Of a stretch of 64,000 bases of DNA, positions 9,512-18,334 are shown in pieces. Within the stretch, counting starts at the first letter, position 1. The number at the start of each line of letters is the position of its first letter. The stretch is from an uncultured archaeon. GTDB taxonomy: Archaea; Iainarchaeota; Iainarchaeia; Iainarchaeales; 0-14-0-20-30-16. The stretch lies in contig CAZQQS010000001.1 in the NCBI GenBank assembly GCA_964595665.1, positions 138 through 64,137 on the forward strand. The letters are read 5' to 3'. The translations under genes and the position numbers were made by a program. Below the pieces are notes generated by a model, which made no database searches, had not been told where the DNA came from, and saw only the letters and a list, made by a program, of their open reading frames with translations.

Positions 9512-9922
9512 ATGGATAAATTGAAAAAAGCATTAAATATTGTAATAATATTTTTTATAGTTTTAGAAATAGCATTATCTTTATATTTAATTTTAAATTC
9601 TTCTAAACCTGTTGATGTTTGTATTATAGGAAAATCTTGTGATGCTGTTCAAAGTAGTATTTATGGAAGTATATTAGGAATAAAAGTAGCCTATATTGCA
9701 ATATTAGCATTTATTTTATTATTATCTTTTAAATTCATTCATAAAAAGATTTTTTTATTTGCAACTTGTATAGGGGCATTAATTGCATTGTATTTTATTT
9801 CAATACAGTTATTTGTCTTAAAACAAATTTGTAGTACTTGTTTAATAATTGATTCAATAATGGTAGGAATTTTATTATTAGTGTTATTAGAATTGTTTAT
9901 TGCAAAGCGAATTAAGCTCTAA
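9512..9922 (+). CDS. VKOR-like (vitamin K epoxide reductase family) disulfide-bond formation membrane protein
   Basis: 4 TM helices; loop Cys pair C-x6-C; CSTC (CxxC) at start of the last TM helix. Confidence 0.5.
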   Translation: MDKLKKALNIVIIFFIVLEIALSLYLILNSSKPVDVCIIGKSCDAVQSSIYGSILGIKVAYIAILAFILLLSFKFIHKKIFLFATCIGALIALYFISIQLFVLKQICSTCLIIDSIMVGILLLVLLELFIAKRIKL

Positions 9923-10580
9923 TTTTATTTAATTCTTGTTTAATTTCTTTTTTAGTAACAGTAAATAATTTATCAGCATCAAAAAATAATCCTGTTTCTA
10001 ATACTCCTGGTAATTGTTTTAATTTAAAATCGAAATCTTCAAAATCAAAATATTTTATATTTAATTGTAAATCTAATAAATAATTACTTTCTAAAGTTTT
10101 TACTTTGTTACCTAACGGGCTTTTTCTTATATTTGTTTGCCCAAAATTAAATAATTCTGTTTCAATTAAAGGTAATCCAAATTTAGATACTTCTAAAGGT
10201 ATTGCAGGTAAATTTTTATTGTAATTTTCTTTATCTACAAATACAAAACAATTTTTAGTATATTTGGCAATTAATTTATCTCTTATTAAACTTTGGGTAT
10301 TTGTTTTAACATAATTAAAATATTTATCTGCATAATCTGCAAATTCAATAGTTAAATCGATTCTTTTTTTTAATGGCACAATTTTCATTTCAAATTCTCT
10401 AGCTAATTCAGCAATATCTATACTTGTTGGTATAATGCTTACATCTAATTCTTGAATTATATTTGTAATTGCTAATTCTTTTAATACTTTGTAAGAAGTT
10501 TTGCTTGTGCCTAAAGCAATAGTATATTTTGGTTTGATATTATGAATAATAAAATTTCTAATGTATTTTGTATCTAACAT
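9912..10580 (-). CDS. ribose-5-phosphate isomerase A-like protein (divergent, catalytic motifs degenerate)
   Basis: ALGTSKTS ~ GLGTGSTA, IPTS, PGVLETGLF conserved; DGADE and GGGG motifs not conserved. Confidence 0.4.
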   Translation of the reverse strand: MLDTKYIRNFIIHNIKPKYTIALGTSKTSYKVLKELAITNIIQELDVSIIPTSIDIAELAREFEMKIVPLKKRIDLTIEFADYADKYFNYVKTNTQSLIRDKLIAKYTKNCFVFVDKENYNKNLPAIPLEVSKFGLPLIETELFNFGQTNIRKSPLGNKVKTLESNYLLDLQLNIKYFDFEDFDFKLKQLPGVLETGLFFDADKLFTVTKKEIKQELNKIRA

Positions 10581-10588
10581 AATTTCAC

Positions 10589-11872
10589 CTAAAACTCAAT
10601 ATTGATTTCTTTTTCATCTTTTTTCTCTGTTTTGATTTTATGCTTTTTAATATAATCGATAACAAATATAACTATTAATATTAATACTAACCCAATTGCA
10701 ATTATCCAAAGTATATTTAATTTATTATCCTCTTCAGTTGTATTTTGGATATATTGATAATTATTTGTATTTACATCTAAATATCCTTGTTTTATTAAAT
10801 TTAATCCAAAATCAATTAATGTTGGAATTTGTCTTGCAGAGCTTTTATAATTTTTATTTTCATAATCTGTAATCATTTCATTGTATTTGGTAATAAATAT
10901 ATTTGTTTCTTCTTGATTTTTCCATTGTGCTTTTTGATTTATTATATAATCAAATAATTCTTTAGCATTATTTATTTTTTGTGCTTTTACAATTTTCTCG
11001 TTTTTTTCAAAATATGGTTTTAAAAAGATTATCTTTTCAACTCTTGCGTTCCAATTTTCTAATAATTTATCTATAGTGTTTACTTCTTCAGAATATTCTT
11101 TCATACTTTTTAATTTTAAATAAATTGTTTTTAATTTTGCATTATATTTTGGAATTTCTTCTAATTCTTTTGGTAAGAGTAAAATATTGTTGCCAATATT
11201 ACTTTTTGCTTCTGCAGAAATATTTGCATCTAATAAATTCATTTTTAATTCAAAAATAGATTGATCTAATAAACTTAATATTTCTAATGTTTTATTTACA
11301 TTAGTTTCTAAGTTTGTAGCGGTATTACTTAAATTATTAATATTTGAATATTCTTTTTTAGTATATGAATCCAAATCATTTAATTCTTTAGATATGTCTA
11401 AACTAACTTCACCTAAATCTTTTGTTCTTGTTTGAATATTTGTTAAACCAGTAATAATATCTTTTTCATTAGGCCAATTTTGGGTTAATTGTATTTTTGT
11501 TAAATCTAATTGATAATTAAAACTATCTGTTGTTTTTGGGATTGTTTGATAAAAATAAATTAAATTATAAGTATCAAAAGTTTCTAAATTTAAAAAATAT
11601 AAATATGTTTTCACAACTGTTTTGTAGGTATCTTGAGAAACAAGATTTTCTGAATTGGTATCTTGTATAATTAATAATTGGTTATTTGAGGTTTCTAAAA
11701 CCCAGTAATTTTTAGAATATTTTATTTCTGTAGATTTTAAAATAGTTTCATTATCTAAAGGATTTAATAAATAAGATTCAGATGCAAATTTATTAACTTC
11801 ATTTACATTTAATGCAGAAATATTAAATAAGAAAAATAAAATTAAAATTATTGGAAAAATTCTTCTAAACAT
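10589..11872 (-). CDS. secreted coiled-coil protein with N-terminal signal peptide and C-terminal TM anchor
   Basis: N-terminal hydrophobic segment; C-terminal LNILWIIAIGLVLILIVIFVI TM helix; Asn/Lys-rich. Confidence 0.35.
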   Translation of the reverse strand: MFRRIFPIILILFFLFNISALNVNEVNKFASESYLLNPLDNETILKSTEIKYSKNYWVLETSNNQLLIIQDTNSENLVSQDTYKTVVKTYLYFLNLETFDTYNLIYFYQTIPKTTDSFNYQLDLTKIQLTQNWPNEKDIITGLTNIQTRTKDLGEVSLDISKELNDLDSYTKKEYSNINNLSNTATNLETNVNKTLEILSLLDQSIFELKMNLLDANISAEAKSNIGNNILLLPKELEEIPKYNAKLKTIYLKLKSMKEYSEEVNTIDKLLENWNARVEKIIFLKPYFEKNEKIVKAQKINNAKELFDYIINQKAQWKNQEETNIFITKYNEMITDYENKNYKSSARQIPTLIDFGLNLIKQGYLDVNTNNYQYIQNTTEEDNKLNILWIIAIGLVLILIVIFVIDYIKKHKIKTEKKDEKEINIEF

Positions 11873-11873
11873 A

Positions 11874-12287
11874 TTAATCCTTTTTTAATAATTCTTTAAT
11901 TTGTTTATAAGTAACATATTCTAAAGGATTTATTGCATCAACTAAGTATTTTATTTCTTGAAATTCTTTTCTTGTAATATAATCTGATTTAGAATTATCT
12001 ATTTTATTTACAACTTCATCAATTTCCTGCCTTATTCCAGAAATTTTATTATATAATTCAGAAATTTGTGCTTTTATTGTATCCAATTCTTCAAAACTTT
12101 GTGTGCTTTTATTTATTTCAGAAGCATTATTTAATTTATCTTCTAATTTTTTAATTTTTTCATTTAATACTAAAATGTTTTGACTAAGAATTTTTTCATT
12201 TCTAACTAAATATCCAATTTTTTGAGATAAAAGCATAATTGTTGCATTAATTGCTTTTACATTTGTGTTTGCTACATCTTCAGGCAT
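11874..12287 (-). CDS. small coiled-coil protein
   Basis: heptad-rich 137-aa ORF, 1-nt spacer to downstream gene. Confidence 0.3.
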   Translation of the reverse strand: MPEDVANTNVKAINATIMLLSQKIGYLVRNEKILSQNILVLNEKIKKLEDKLNNASEINKSTQSFEELDTIKAQISELYNKISGIRQEIDEVVNKIDNSKSDYITRKEFQEIKYLVDAINPLEYVTYKQIKELLKKD

Positions 12288-12373
12288 AATATCACTTCAA
12301 AATAAATAACATATATAAATTAATAAAGTATATATATTTTTCTAGTTTAAATATAAATCTTAAATGATCACTT

Positions 12374-13381
12374 ATGTTAAATATCTCTGATAAATTAAAA
12401 CAAGATTTGCAAAATAAGCATTATGGTGTTTATAATCATTCGGCAGTTCAGATATGTGAGTGGACTAAGAAATCTTTGAGAAATGAGGGTGAATGTTATA
12501 AAAATCAATTTTATGGGGTAGAAACTTATTCTTGCGCGCAAATATCTCCTAATGTTATGTGGTGTGATCAAAATTGTATTTTTTGTTGGAGACCCGCAGA
12601 AAACATGTTAAAAAAAGAAATTAAAGAAGAGGTTGACTCACCAAAAGATATAATTGAAAATTTATTAAAAGAAAAATACAAATTATTAACTGGATTTAAA
12701 GGTTTAGAAAAAGTAAATAAAGATAAATTAAAAATTGCATTAAATGAATTTCCAAGCCATTGGGCTATTTCGCTTTCAGGCGAACCTACATTATATCCTA
12801 AATTATCTGAATTGATAAAAGAATTAAGAAAACATAAGGCGAAATCAATATTTGTAGTAAGTAATGGTCAAAACCCTAAAGTAATTAAAGATTTGACGAA
12901 AAAAACTTTGCCCACTCAATTATATATTTCATTAGATGCTTGGGATGAAAAATCTTATAGAGAGATAAATAAAGGAATAAGAAAGGATGGTTGGGAAAGA
13001 TTGTTAAAAACTTTAAATATGTTAGGAAAACTAAAAACTCGAACAGTAATTAGATTAACAGTAATTAAAGGATTAAATGATTCAAAAAAAGCAATAAAAG
13101 AATTTGCTCGAATAATTGATAAATCCAATCCTGATTTTTTAGAAGTAAAAAGTTATATGCATTTAGGTTATAGTAGAGAGCGATTGGCAAGAGAGAATAT
13201 GCCTTCAAATGAAGATTTAAATGAATTTTGTAAAGAATTAGAGAAAAGCTTAAAGAATTTGAAATTTGAAGATAAATGTTTACCTTCAAAAATTATATTG
13301 TATATGAATACTGGTAAGAATAGGGAAAAGAAAAAACCTAATAGGTGGATTATTCCAAAAAGTAAATGGCGAGTAAAGTAA
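12374..13381 (+). CDS. taw1: tRNA 4-demethylwyosine synthase Taw1 (TYW1, radical SAM)
   Basis: CDQNCIFC (CX3CX2C) radical-SAM motif preceded by additional Cys; archaeal Taw1 size. Confidence 0.65.
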   Translation: MLNISDKLKQDLQNKHYGVYNHSAVQICEWTKKSLRNEGECYKNQFYGVETYSCAQISPNVMWCDQNCIFCWRPAENMLKKEIKEEVDSPKDIIENLLKEKYKLLTGFKGLEKVNKDKLKIALNEFPSHWAISLSGEPTLYPKLSELIKELRKHKAKSIFVVSNGQNPKVIKDLTKKTLPTQLYISLDAWDEKSYREINKGIRKDGWERLLKTLNMLGKLKTRTVIRLTVIKGLNDSKKAIKEFARIIDKSNPDFLEVKSYMHLGYSRERLARENMPSNEDLNEFCKELEKSLKNLKFEDKCLPSKIILYMNTGKNREKKKPNRWIIPKSKWRVK

Positions 13382-13441
13382 TCTAAAAAGCAATATTTAA
13401 AAGCACATCGTTATATAAGTGTATATAACTAAGTGATTTTT

Positions 13442-13732
13442 ATGGTTGTTAAAAAAGATATTAAATTAGTAAAAAAAGAAATATTGCATTATCCTCAATT
13501 GGATTCTGTTTTAATGGTTGAAGATTTTTTACAAGGTATGAAAGATAATTATACTAAAAAACAAGTGTGGCAAAGATTACCTAAGAAAATGATGTATCAA
13601 ACCTTTTGTGTTATTTTAGATTATTTGGAGAAATCAAATAAAATTGCTTATGATTCTAAAGGTAATGTTGTTTGGATATTTTTTGATAAAAAAAATCCAT
13701 TAATTAATTTAGGTCAGAGTGTTGAAGTATGA
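13442..13732 (+). CDS. hypothetical protein, putative antitoxin partner of the downstream RelE-like gene (4-nt overlap)
   Basis: Operonic ATGA overlap. ORF-track start 13433 is GTG inside the SD; ATG 13442 is more likely. The 3' end carries a 35-bp repeat shared with ORF 86..3370. Confidence 0.35.
   Translation: MVVKKDIKLVKKEILHYPQLDSVLMVEDFLQGMKDNYTKKQVWQRLPKKMMYQTFCVILDYLEKSNKIAYDSKGNVVWIFFDKKNPLINLGQSVEV
13693..13727 (+). repeat. 35-bp exact repeat, copy 2 (3' end of putative antitoxin gene)
   Basis: see copy 1. Confidence 0.7.
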
Positions 13733-14076
13733 ATTGTAGAGTAAAACTATCTCCCGAGTTATATAAATATTATGAGAAAATCGAATTGGAAGTTAAGCAA
13801 GGCAAAATGGTTAATGAAAGAGAATATAAATTGATTTGTAAAGGTATTGAATTATTAAAAGAAGATTTCCGAAAAGGAATGCACATAAGTAAAAAGAATG
13901 TAAGTGCTTATGAATATTTTATTAAAAAATATAATGTAAAGAATTTATGGAAATTAGATGTTAGTAAGGATTGGAGATTAATTTACACAGTTGAAGGTAA
14001 TGAAATAGAAGTAATTTCGTTTATTTTAGAATCATTAAGCCATAAAGAGTATGAAAGAAAACTGGGTTATCATTAA
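13729..14076 (+). CDS. RelE/ParE-superfamily toxin
   Basis: C-terminal WRLIYTVEGNEIEVISFILESLSHKEY matches the RelE/ParE core (R..IY.V......I....H..Y). Confidence 0.55.
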   Translation: MNCRVKLSPELYKYYEKIELEVKQGKMVNEREYKLICKGIELLKEDFRKGMHISKKNVSAYEYFIKKYNVKNLWKLDVSKDWRLIYTVEGNEIEVISFILESLSHKEYERKLGYH

Positions 14077-14292
14077 TTCGTTATGTTAATTTTACTTTCT
14101 TAACTCTACATTTATAAACCTTTCTGTATGTAAATATATTATTAATATTTGAGTTGGGACTCAGATATGTTTGTCGATTTCTTGATTTCAAGTAATTTTG
14201 GATTAAAATTATAATGTTAAAATAACTGTGCTAATTAATTTAGCAAATACAAAAAAGTAATTAAAATGTATAAATGATGAAAAGGTGTAATA

Positions 14293-15288
14293 ATGGGTAA
14301 AACAAGTAAGCCAAAGGCAGGATCTGTTGCATATTATCCTAGGGTTAGAGCAAAAACAATGATTCCTAAGTTTAATAGTATGACTATGCCTAAAGAAGAT
14401 GGTGTTAAAGTATTAAATTATTATGGTTATAAAGTTGGTATGTTGCATGTTATGGCAATAAACAAACATAAAGGATCTCCGTTTAATAATCAAAAAGTAG
14501 CTATTTCTTCAACTTTAGTAGAATTTCCTCCAATAACTATATTAGGAGTAAGATTTTATGGTGGTAGAATAAAAAGAGCTATGAAAGATTTCGTATTCTC
14601 TTCAAAAGCAGGTAAATTTTTGAATAAAAGATTAACTGGAATAAACAAAGCTAAAGAAAAGGGAGACTTATTAAAAACAGCAATAGAATATTTGGATGCA
14701 AATAAAGCAAAAATTAAGAATTTAGCTTTAATAGCTCAAACTCATCCAGAAAAAACTACGATTGGAAAGAAATCTCCAGAAGTAGTAGAATTACATTTAT
14801 CAGGAAAACCAGAAGAACAATTCGAATTTTTTAAAGAAAGATTAGGTAAAGATTTAGAATTTGATGATTTTGGAAAAGAAAATATGTTTTTAGACATTAA
14901 AGGAGTAACTGTTGGAAAAGGTTTCCAAGGTGTTATTAAAAGATTTGGTGTTAAAAGATTAAGCCATAAATCTGAAAAAGGTGTTAGAGGAGTAGGTTCA
15001 ATTGGACCATGGAATCCACCTTTAGTAATGAGTACAGTTCCAAGACCAGGACAATTAGGTTGTCAAAATAGAGTTCAAGCTAATCAAAAAGTATTGAAAA
15101 TAGTAGATGCTAAAGATGTAGCTAAGAAAGCTGGTTGGGAAGATTATGGAGCAGTTAGAAATAAATCAGTAATTATTACAGGTACTTTACCAGGACATGT
15201 AAAAAGATTATTGGCTTTTAGATATGCAAGTAGAAAATATAAGGATGTAAAGACAGATATTTCTGAAATTACAAATATTGTTTTTTAA
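14293..15288 (+). CDS. rpl3: ribosomal protein uL3
   Basis: sequence similarity; first gene of the archaeal r-protein cluster. Confidence 0.9.
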   Translation: MGKTSKPKAGSVAYYPRVRAKTMIPKFNSMTMPKEDGVKVLNYYGYKVGMLHVMAINKHKGSPFNNQKVAISSTLVEFPPITILGVRFYGGRIKRAMKDFVFSSKAGKFLNKRLTGINKAKEKGDLLKTAIEYLDANKAKIKNLALIAQTHPEKTTIGKKSPEVVELHLSGKPEEQFEFFKERLGKDLEFDDFGKENMFLDIKGVTVGKGFQGVIKRFGVKRLSHKSEKGVRGVGSIGPWNPPLVMSTVPRPGQLGCQNRVQANQKVLKIVDAKDVAKKAGWEDYGAVRNKSVIITGTLPGHVKRLLAFRYASRKYKDVKTDISEITNIVF

Positions 15289-15297
15289 GGGATTATT

Positions 15298-16104
15298 ATG
15301 GAAGTAAATATTTACAAGTTAGATGGTTCAGTTCAGGAAAAAGTTAAATTACCAGAAGTATTTAACACACCTTACAGACCAAGAATAATTAATAGAGCTG
15401 TTTTAGCTGCAGATAGTGCAAAAATACAACCAAAGGGTGCAAGCTTTATGGCTGGTCGTCACACTACAGCTGTATATATTGGTAGAAGAGCAGATCCTGA
15501 AGCATTAATTAATAAGGGTGTTGCAAGAAAACCAAGAGCTAAGAATAGAAAGAGATTATTAGAAGGTAATGTTAGAGGTATTCCAGGAACTGTTGCAGGT
15601 CCAAGAGCACATCCATTAAAACCTGAAGAAATTCAAAAAGAAGAAATTAATAAAAAAGAAAGAATATTAGCTTTAAAAAGTGCTTTAGGTGTTTTAAAAG
15701 ATTTGGAAAAAGTTCAAAAAAGAGGACACAAATTTGATCCTAAATTAAGTTTACCTGTTGTTGTTGTTAATGATTTAGAAAACTTATCTAAAACTAAAGA
15801 TGTTTTAAGTTTTATGAAAACTATTGGTATAGATGCTGATGTTGAAAGAGCTAAAGATAGAAAAACAATAAGAGCTGGAAAAGGTAAAGCAAGAGGAAGA
15901 AGATATAAAAGAGCAAAATCAGTTTTGTTTGTTGTATCTAAAGAAAAAACTGCTTTACAAAAATCTGCTAGAAACTTAGAAGGTGTAAATATAGTTGCAT
16001 TAAAGAATTTAAGTGCAAGAGATATTGCTCCCGGAGGATTAGCAGGTAGATTAACTGTATTTAGTAAAGATGCTTTAGAAAAAATTGTTGAAAGAGTAAG
16101 GTAG
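15298..16104 (+). CDS. rpl4: ribosomal protein uL4
   Basis: similarity, synteny. Confidence 0.9.
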   Translation: MEVNIYKLDGSVQEKVKLPEVFNTPYRPRIINRAVLAADSAKIQPKGASFMAGRHTTAVYIGRRADPEALINKGVARKPRAKNRKRLLEGNVRGIPGTVAGPRAHPLKPEEIQKEEINKKERILALKSALGVLKDLEKVQKRGHKFDPKLSLPVVVVNDLENLSKTKDVLSFMKTIGIDADVERAKDRKTIRAGKGKARGRRYKRAKSVLFVVSKEKTALQKSARNLEGVNIVALKNLSARDIAPGGLAGRLTVFSKDALEKIVERVR

Positions 16105-16109
16105 ATAAT

Positions 16110-16370
16110 ATGGAAAATTACGATGTTTTGTTATATCCTTTAATATCTGAAAAAGCAGTAAATGCTGTTGAAGCAGAAAATAAAATTACTTTTGTAGTAA
16201 AAAAAACTGCAACTAAACAAGATATTAAAAGAGCTTTAGAAGAAGCTTACAAGGTAAAAGTAGATAGTATTAATATTTTAAATGCTACTGATGGAAGAAA
16301 AAAGGCAATAATTAAATTGAATAAACAATTTAAAGCAAGTGAATTGTCTAATAAGTTAGGTATGGTATAA
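16110..16370 (+). CDS. rpl23: ribosomal protein uL23
   Basis: similarity, synteny. Confidence 0.9.
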   Translation: MENYDVLLYPLISEKAVNAVEAENKITFVVKKTATKQDIKRALEEAYKVKVDSINILNATDGRKKAIIKLNKQFKASELSNKLGMV

Positions 16371-16380
16371 GGGTGAGAAT

Positions 16381-17100
16381 GTGAAGAGAATGAAGACACA
16401 AAGACGAGGAAAGGGTTCTCCAAGATATACTGCTAATAATGAGTCAGTAGGAAAGATATGTTATTCTTTTAATTATACTCAAAATGCAATTTCAGGGGAA
16501 ATAACAGATATACTACATAACGTAGGAAAATCTGCTCCATTAGCAAAAATTGTTTTAGAAAATAATACTTCATTTTTTATTCCCGCTGGAGAAGGTTTCT
16601 TCGTAGGTTTAAAAATAAGTGCTGGATCTGGCGCTAACTTAAATTTAGGTAGTATTTTACCTATTGGTCAAGTAAAACCCGGAACTCCCGTATATAATAT
16701 TGAAAGTATTCCTGGTGATGGGGGCTCATTTTTTAGAGCTGGAGGTTCATTTGGTGAAGTAATAACTTCAGATGACTCTGGTGTTTATATTAAAATGAAA
16801 TCAGGAGTAAAAAGAAAAATTGATCCTAAAAGTTTATGTACTGTAGGTATAGTTTCTAATGGTGGAAGAACTATTAAACCATTTTATAAAGCTGGAAATA
16901 AGCATCACGCTATGAAAGCTAAAGGTGGAAGAATTTATCCTAGAGTAAGAGGTTATGCAATGAACGCAGTAGATCATCCTCACGGAGGCTCGGGACACAA
17001 TTCTCCGGGTAGACAAAAACCTGTTTCTAAGAAATTTGGTGCTCCTGGTCAAAAAGCTGGATTTATTGGTGCAAAGCAAACTGGAAGAAAGAAGAAGTGA
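16381..17100 (+). CDS. rpl2: ribosomal protein uL2
   Basis: HPHGGSGHNSPGRQ motif. Confidence 0.95.
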   Translation: MKRMKTQRRGKGSPRYTANNESVGKICYSFNYTQNAISGEITDILHNVGKSAPLAKIVLENNTSFFIPAGEGFFVGLKISAGSGANLNLGSILPIGQVKPGTPVYNIESIPGDGGSFFRAGGSFGEVITSDDSGVYIKMKSGVKRKIDPKSLCTVGIVSNGGRTIKPFYKAGNKHHAMKAKGGRIYPRVRGYAMNAVDHPHGGSGHNSPGRQKPVSKKFGAPGQKAGFIGAKQTGRKKK

Positions 17101-17106
17101 TACTAT

Positions 17107-17178
17107 ATGGCTCAGTCAATAATTTTTGAAAACAGTAAAATTAATGACAGTTCCATAAAATTTAAAAGGTGAATATTT
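17107..17178 (+). promoter_or_regulatory. copy A (diverged) of the ~75-bp intergenic element upstream of rps19
   Basis: tggctcagtcaataatttttgaaaacagtaaaattaatgacagttccataaaatttaaaaggtga; AT-rich TATA-like core; 22-codon uORF. Confidence 0.45.
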
Positions 17179-17574
17179 ATGGCTAAGGAATTTACTTATA
17201 GAGGTTTAAGTTGGGAAGAAGTTTTAAAATTAAAACCAACTGAATTAGAAAATGTTTTGGATGCAAGAGCAAGAAGAACTTTAAAAAGAGCTAAAGGCTT
17301 AGATAAAAGAGTTGTAAAAGCTATTGCTGAAAATACAGATGGTAAAGAAAGTTTTAAACCAGTTAAAACTCATAAAAGAGAAATATTAATAACTCCAGAT
17401 ATGGTTGGATTAAGATTTGCAGTTTATACTGGTAAAGAATTTATTACTTTAGGTATAACTAAAGAAATGATTGGTTTTTACTTAGGTGAATTTGTAGAAA
17501 CAAGAAAAAGACCTAAACATAGTAAAGCTGGAATTGGTGCAACTAAATCATCAAAGCATGTAGGTAAGAAGTAG
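17179..17574 (+). CDS. rps19: ribosomal protein uS19
   Basis: similarity, synteny. Confidence 0.9.
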   Translation: MAKEFTYRGLSWEEVLKLKPTELENVLDARARRTLKRAKGLDKRVVKAIAENTDGKESFKPVKTHKREILITPDMVGLRFAVYTGKEFITLGITKEMIGFYLGEFVETRKRPKHSKAGIGATKSSKHVGKK

Positions 17575-17582
17575 GTGTGATT

Positions 17583-18329
17583 ATGGAATATTACAAAATT
17601 AAAGATAAAGACGCTGTAGCAAAATCTTTTAATTGCCCTATCTCTTTTAAATTTTCTGTTGAAATGGCAAGAGAAGTTAAAAGTATGACTTACGAAAAAG
17701 CAATTAAGTTTTTAGAAGATGTAATTGCATTAAAAAGACCTTTACAATTAAAAAGATATAATAGAGATGTAGCTCATAGAAAAGGAAAAATTGGAGAAGT
17801 TAAATCTGGTAGATTCCCTGTAAAAGTTGCACAATATTTTAAAAAGGTTTTAGAAATTGCAAAAGCTAATGCAGATTATAAAGGATTAGATTCAAGTAAA
17901 AAAGATTTGATAGTTAAAGGTGCAGTTGTATCTCAAGGTGTAAAAAGATATAGTTATCAAACACAAGGAAAAAGAAGATTAAGAAGAGATCAAACTACTA
18001 ATATTGAAATAGTATTAACACAACAAGGTAAATTTGTTAAAAAAGCTGAAAAGAAAATAGCCAGTGCTTCTTTAGAATCAAAAGATTCAAAAAAATCACA
18101 GGTTGTTGAAAGCTCATCTAAAGATGCCGTTTCAACACAAGAAAAAAAAATTGTTGATGTAACACAAGATAAAAAATCTGTTGAAGTTAAAGAAGTAAAA
18201 GAAGTTAAAAAAGAAACAAAAAAAGCCAGTTCAACTTTAGAATCTAAAGATTCAAAAGCTAAACAGGTTGTTGAAAGTTCTTCTAAAAAAGAAGCCGTTT
18301 CAACACAAGAGAAGAAAGGTAAAAAGTGA
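17583..18329 (+). CDS. rpl22: ribosomal protein uL22 with ~95-aa C-terminal extension carrying two copies of a repeated Ser/Lys/Glu-rich module
   Basis: uL22 core to ~aa 150; tail ASASLESKDSKKSQVVESSSKDAVSTQEKK repeated twice. ORF-track start 17577 is GTG; ATG 17583 is likely. Confidence 0.85.
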   Translation: MEYYKIKDKDAVAKSFNCPISFKFSVEMAREVKSMTYEKAIKFLEDVIALKRPLQLKRYNRDVAHRKGKIGEVKSGRFPVKVAQYFKKVLEIAKANADYKGLDSSKKDLIVKGAVVSQGVKRYSYQTQGKRRLRRDQTTNIEIVLTQQGKFVKKAEKKIASASLESKDSKKSQVVESSSKDAVSTQEKKIVDVTQDKKSVEVKEVKEVKKETKKASSTLESKDSKAKQVVESSSKKEAVSTQEKKGKK

Positions 18330-18334
18330 TTTTA

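Noticed and set aside
13065-13289. 74-aa minus-strand ORF inside taw1, 13065..13289
   Set aside because: Embedded antisense in a well-supported gene; Leu/Ile-rich artefact.
16834-17079. Minus-strand ORFs overlapping ribosomal-protein genes (16834..17079, 18805..19248, 19715..19900, 20120..20323, 21138..21368, 21335..21661, 26391..26660, 27620..28003, 28179..28391, 29465..29647, 33149..33376, 34019..34276, 34345..34533, 38070..38414, 41136..41726, 42479..42748, 44851..45084)
   Set aside because: Antisense to strongly supported conserved genes, low-complexity translations; typical shadow ORFs in AT-rich DNA.
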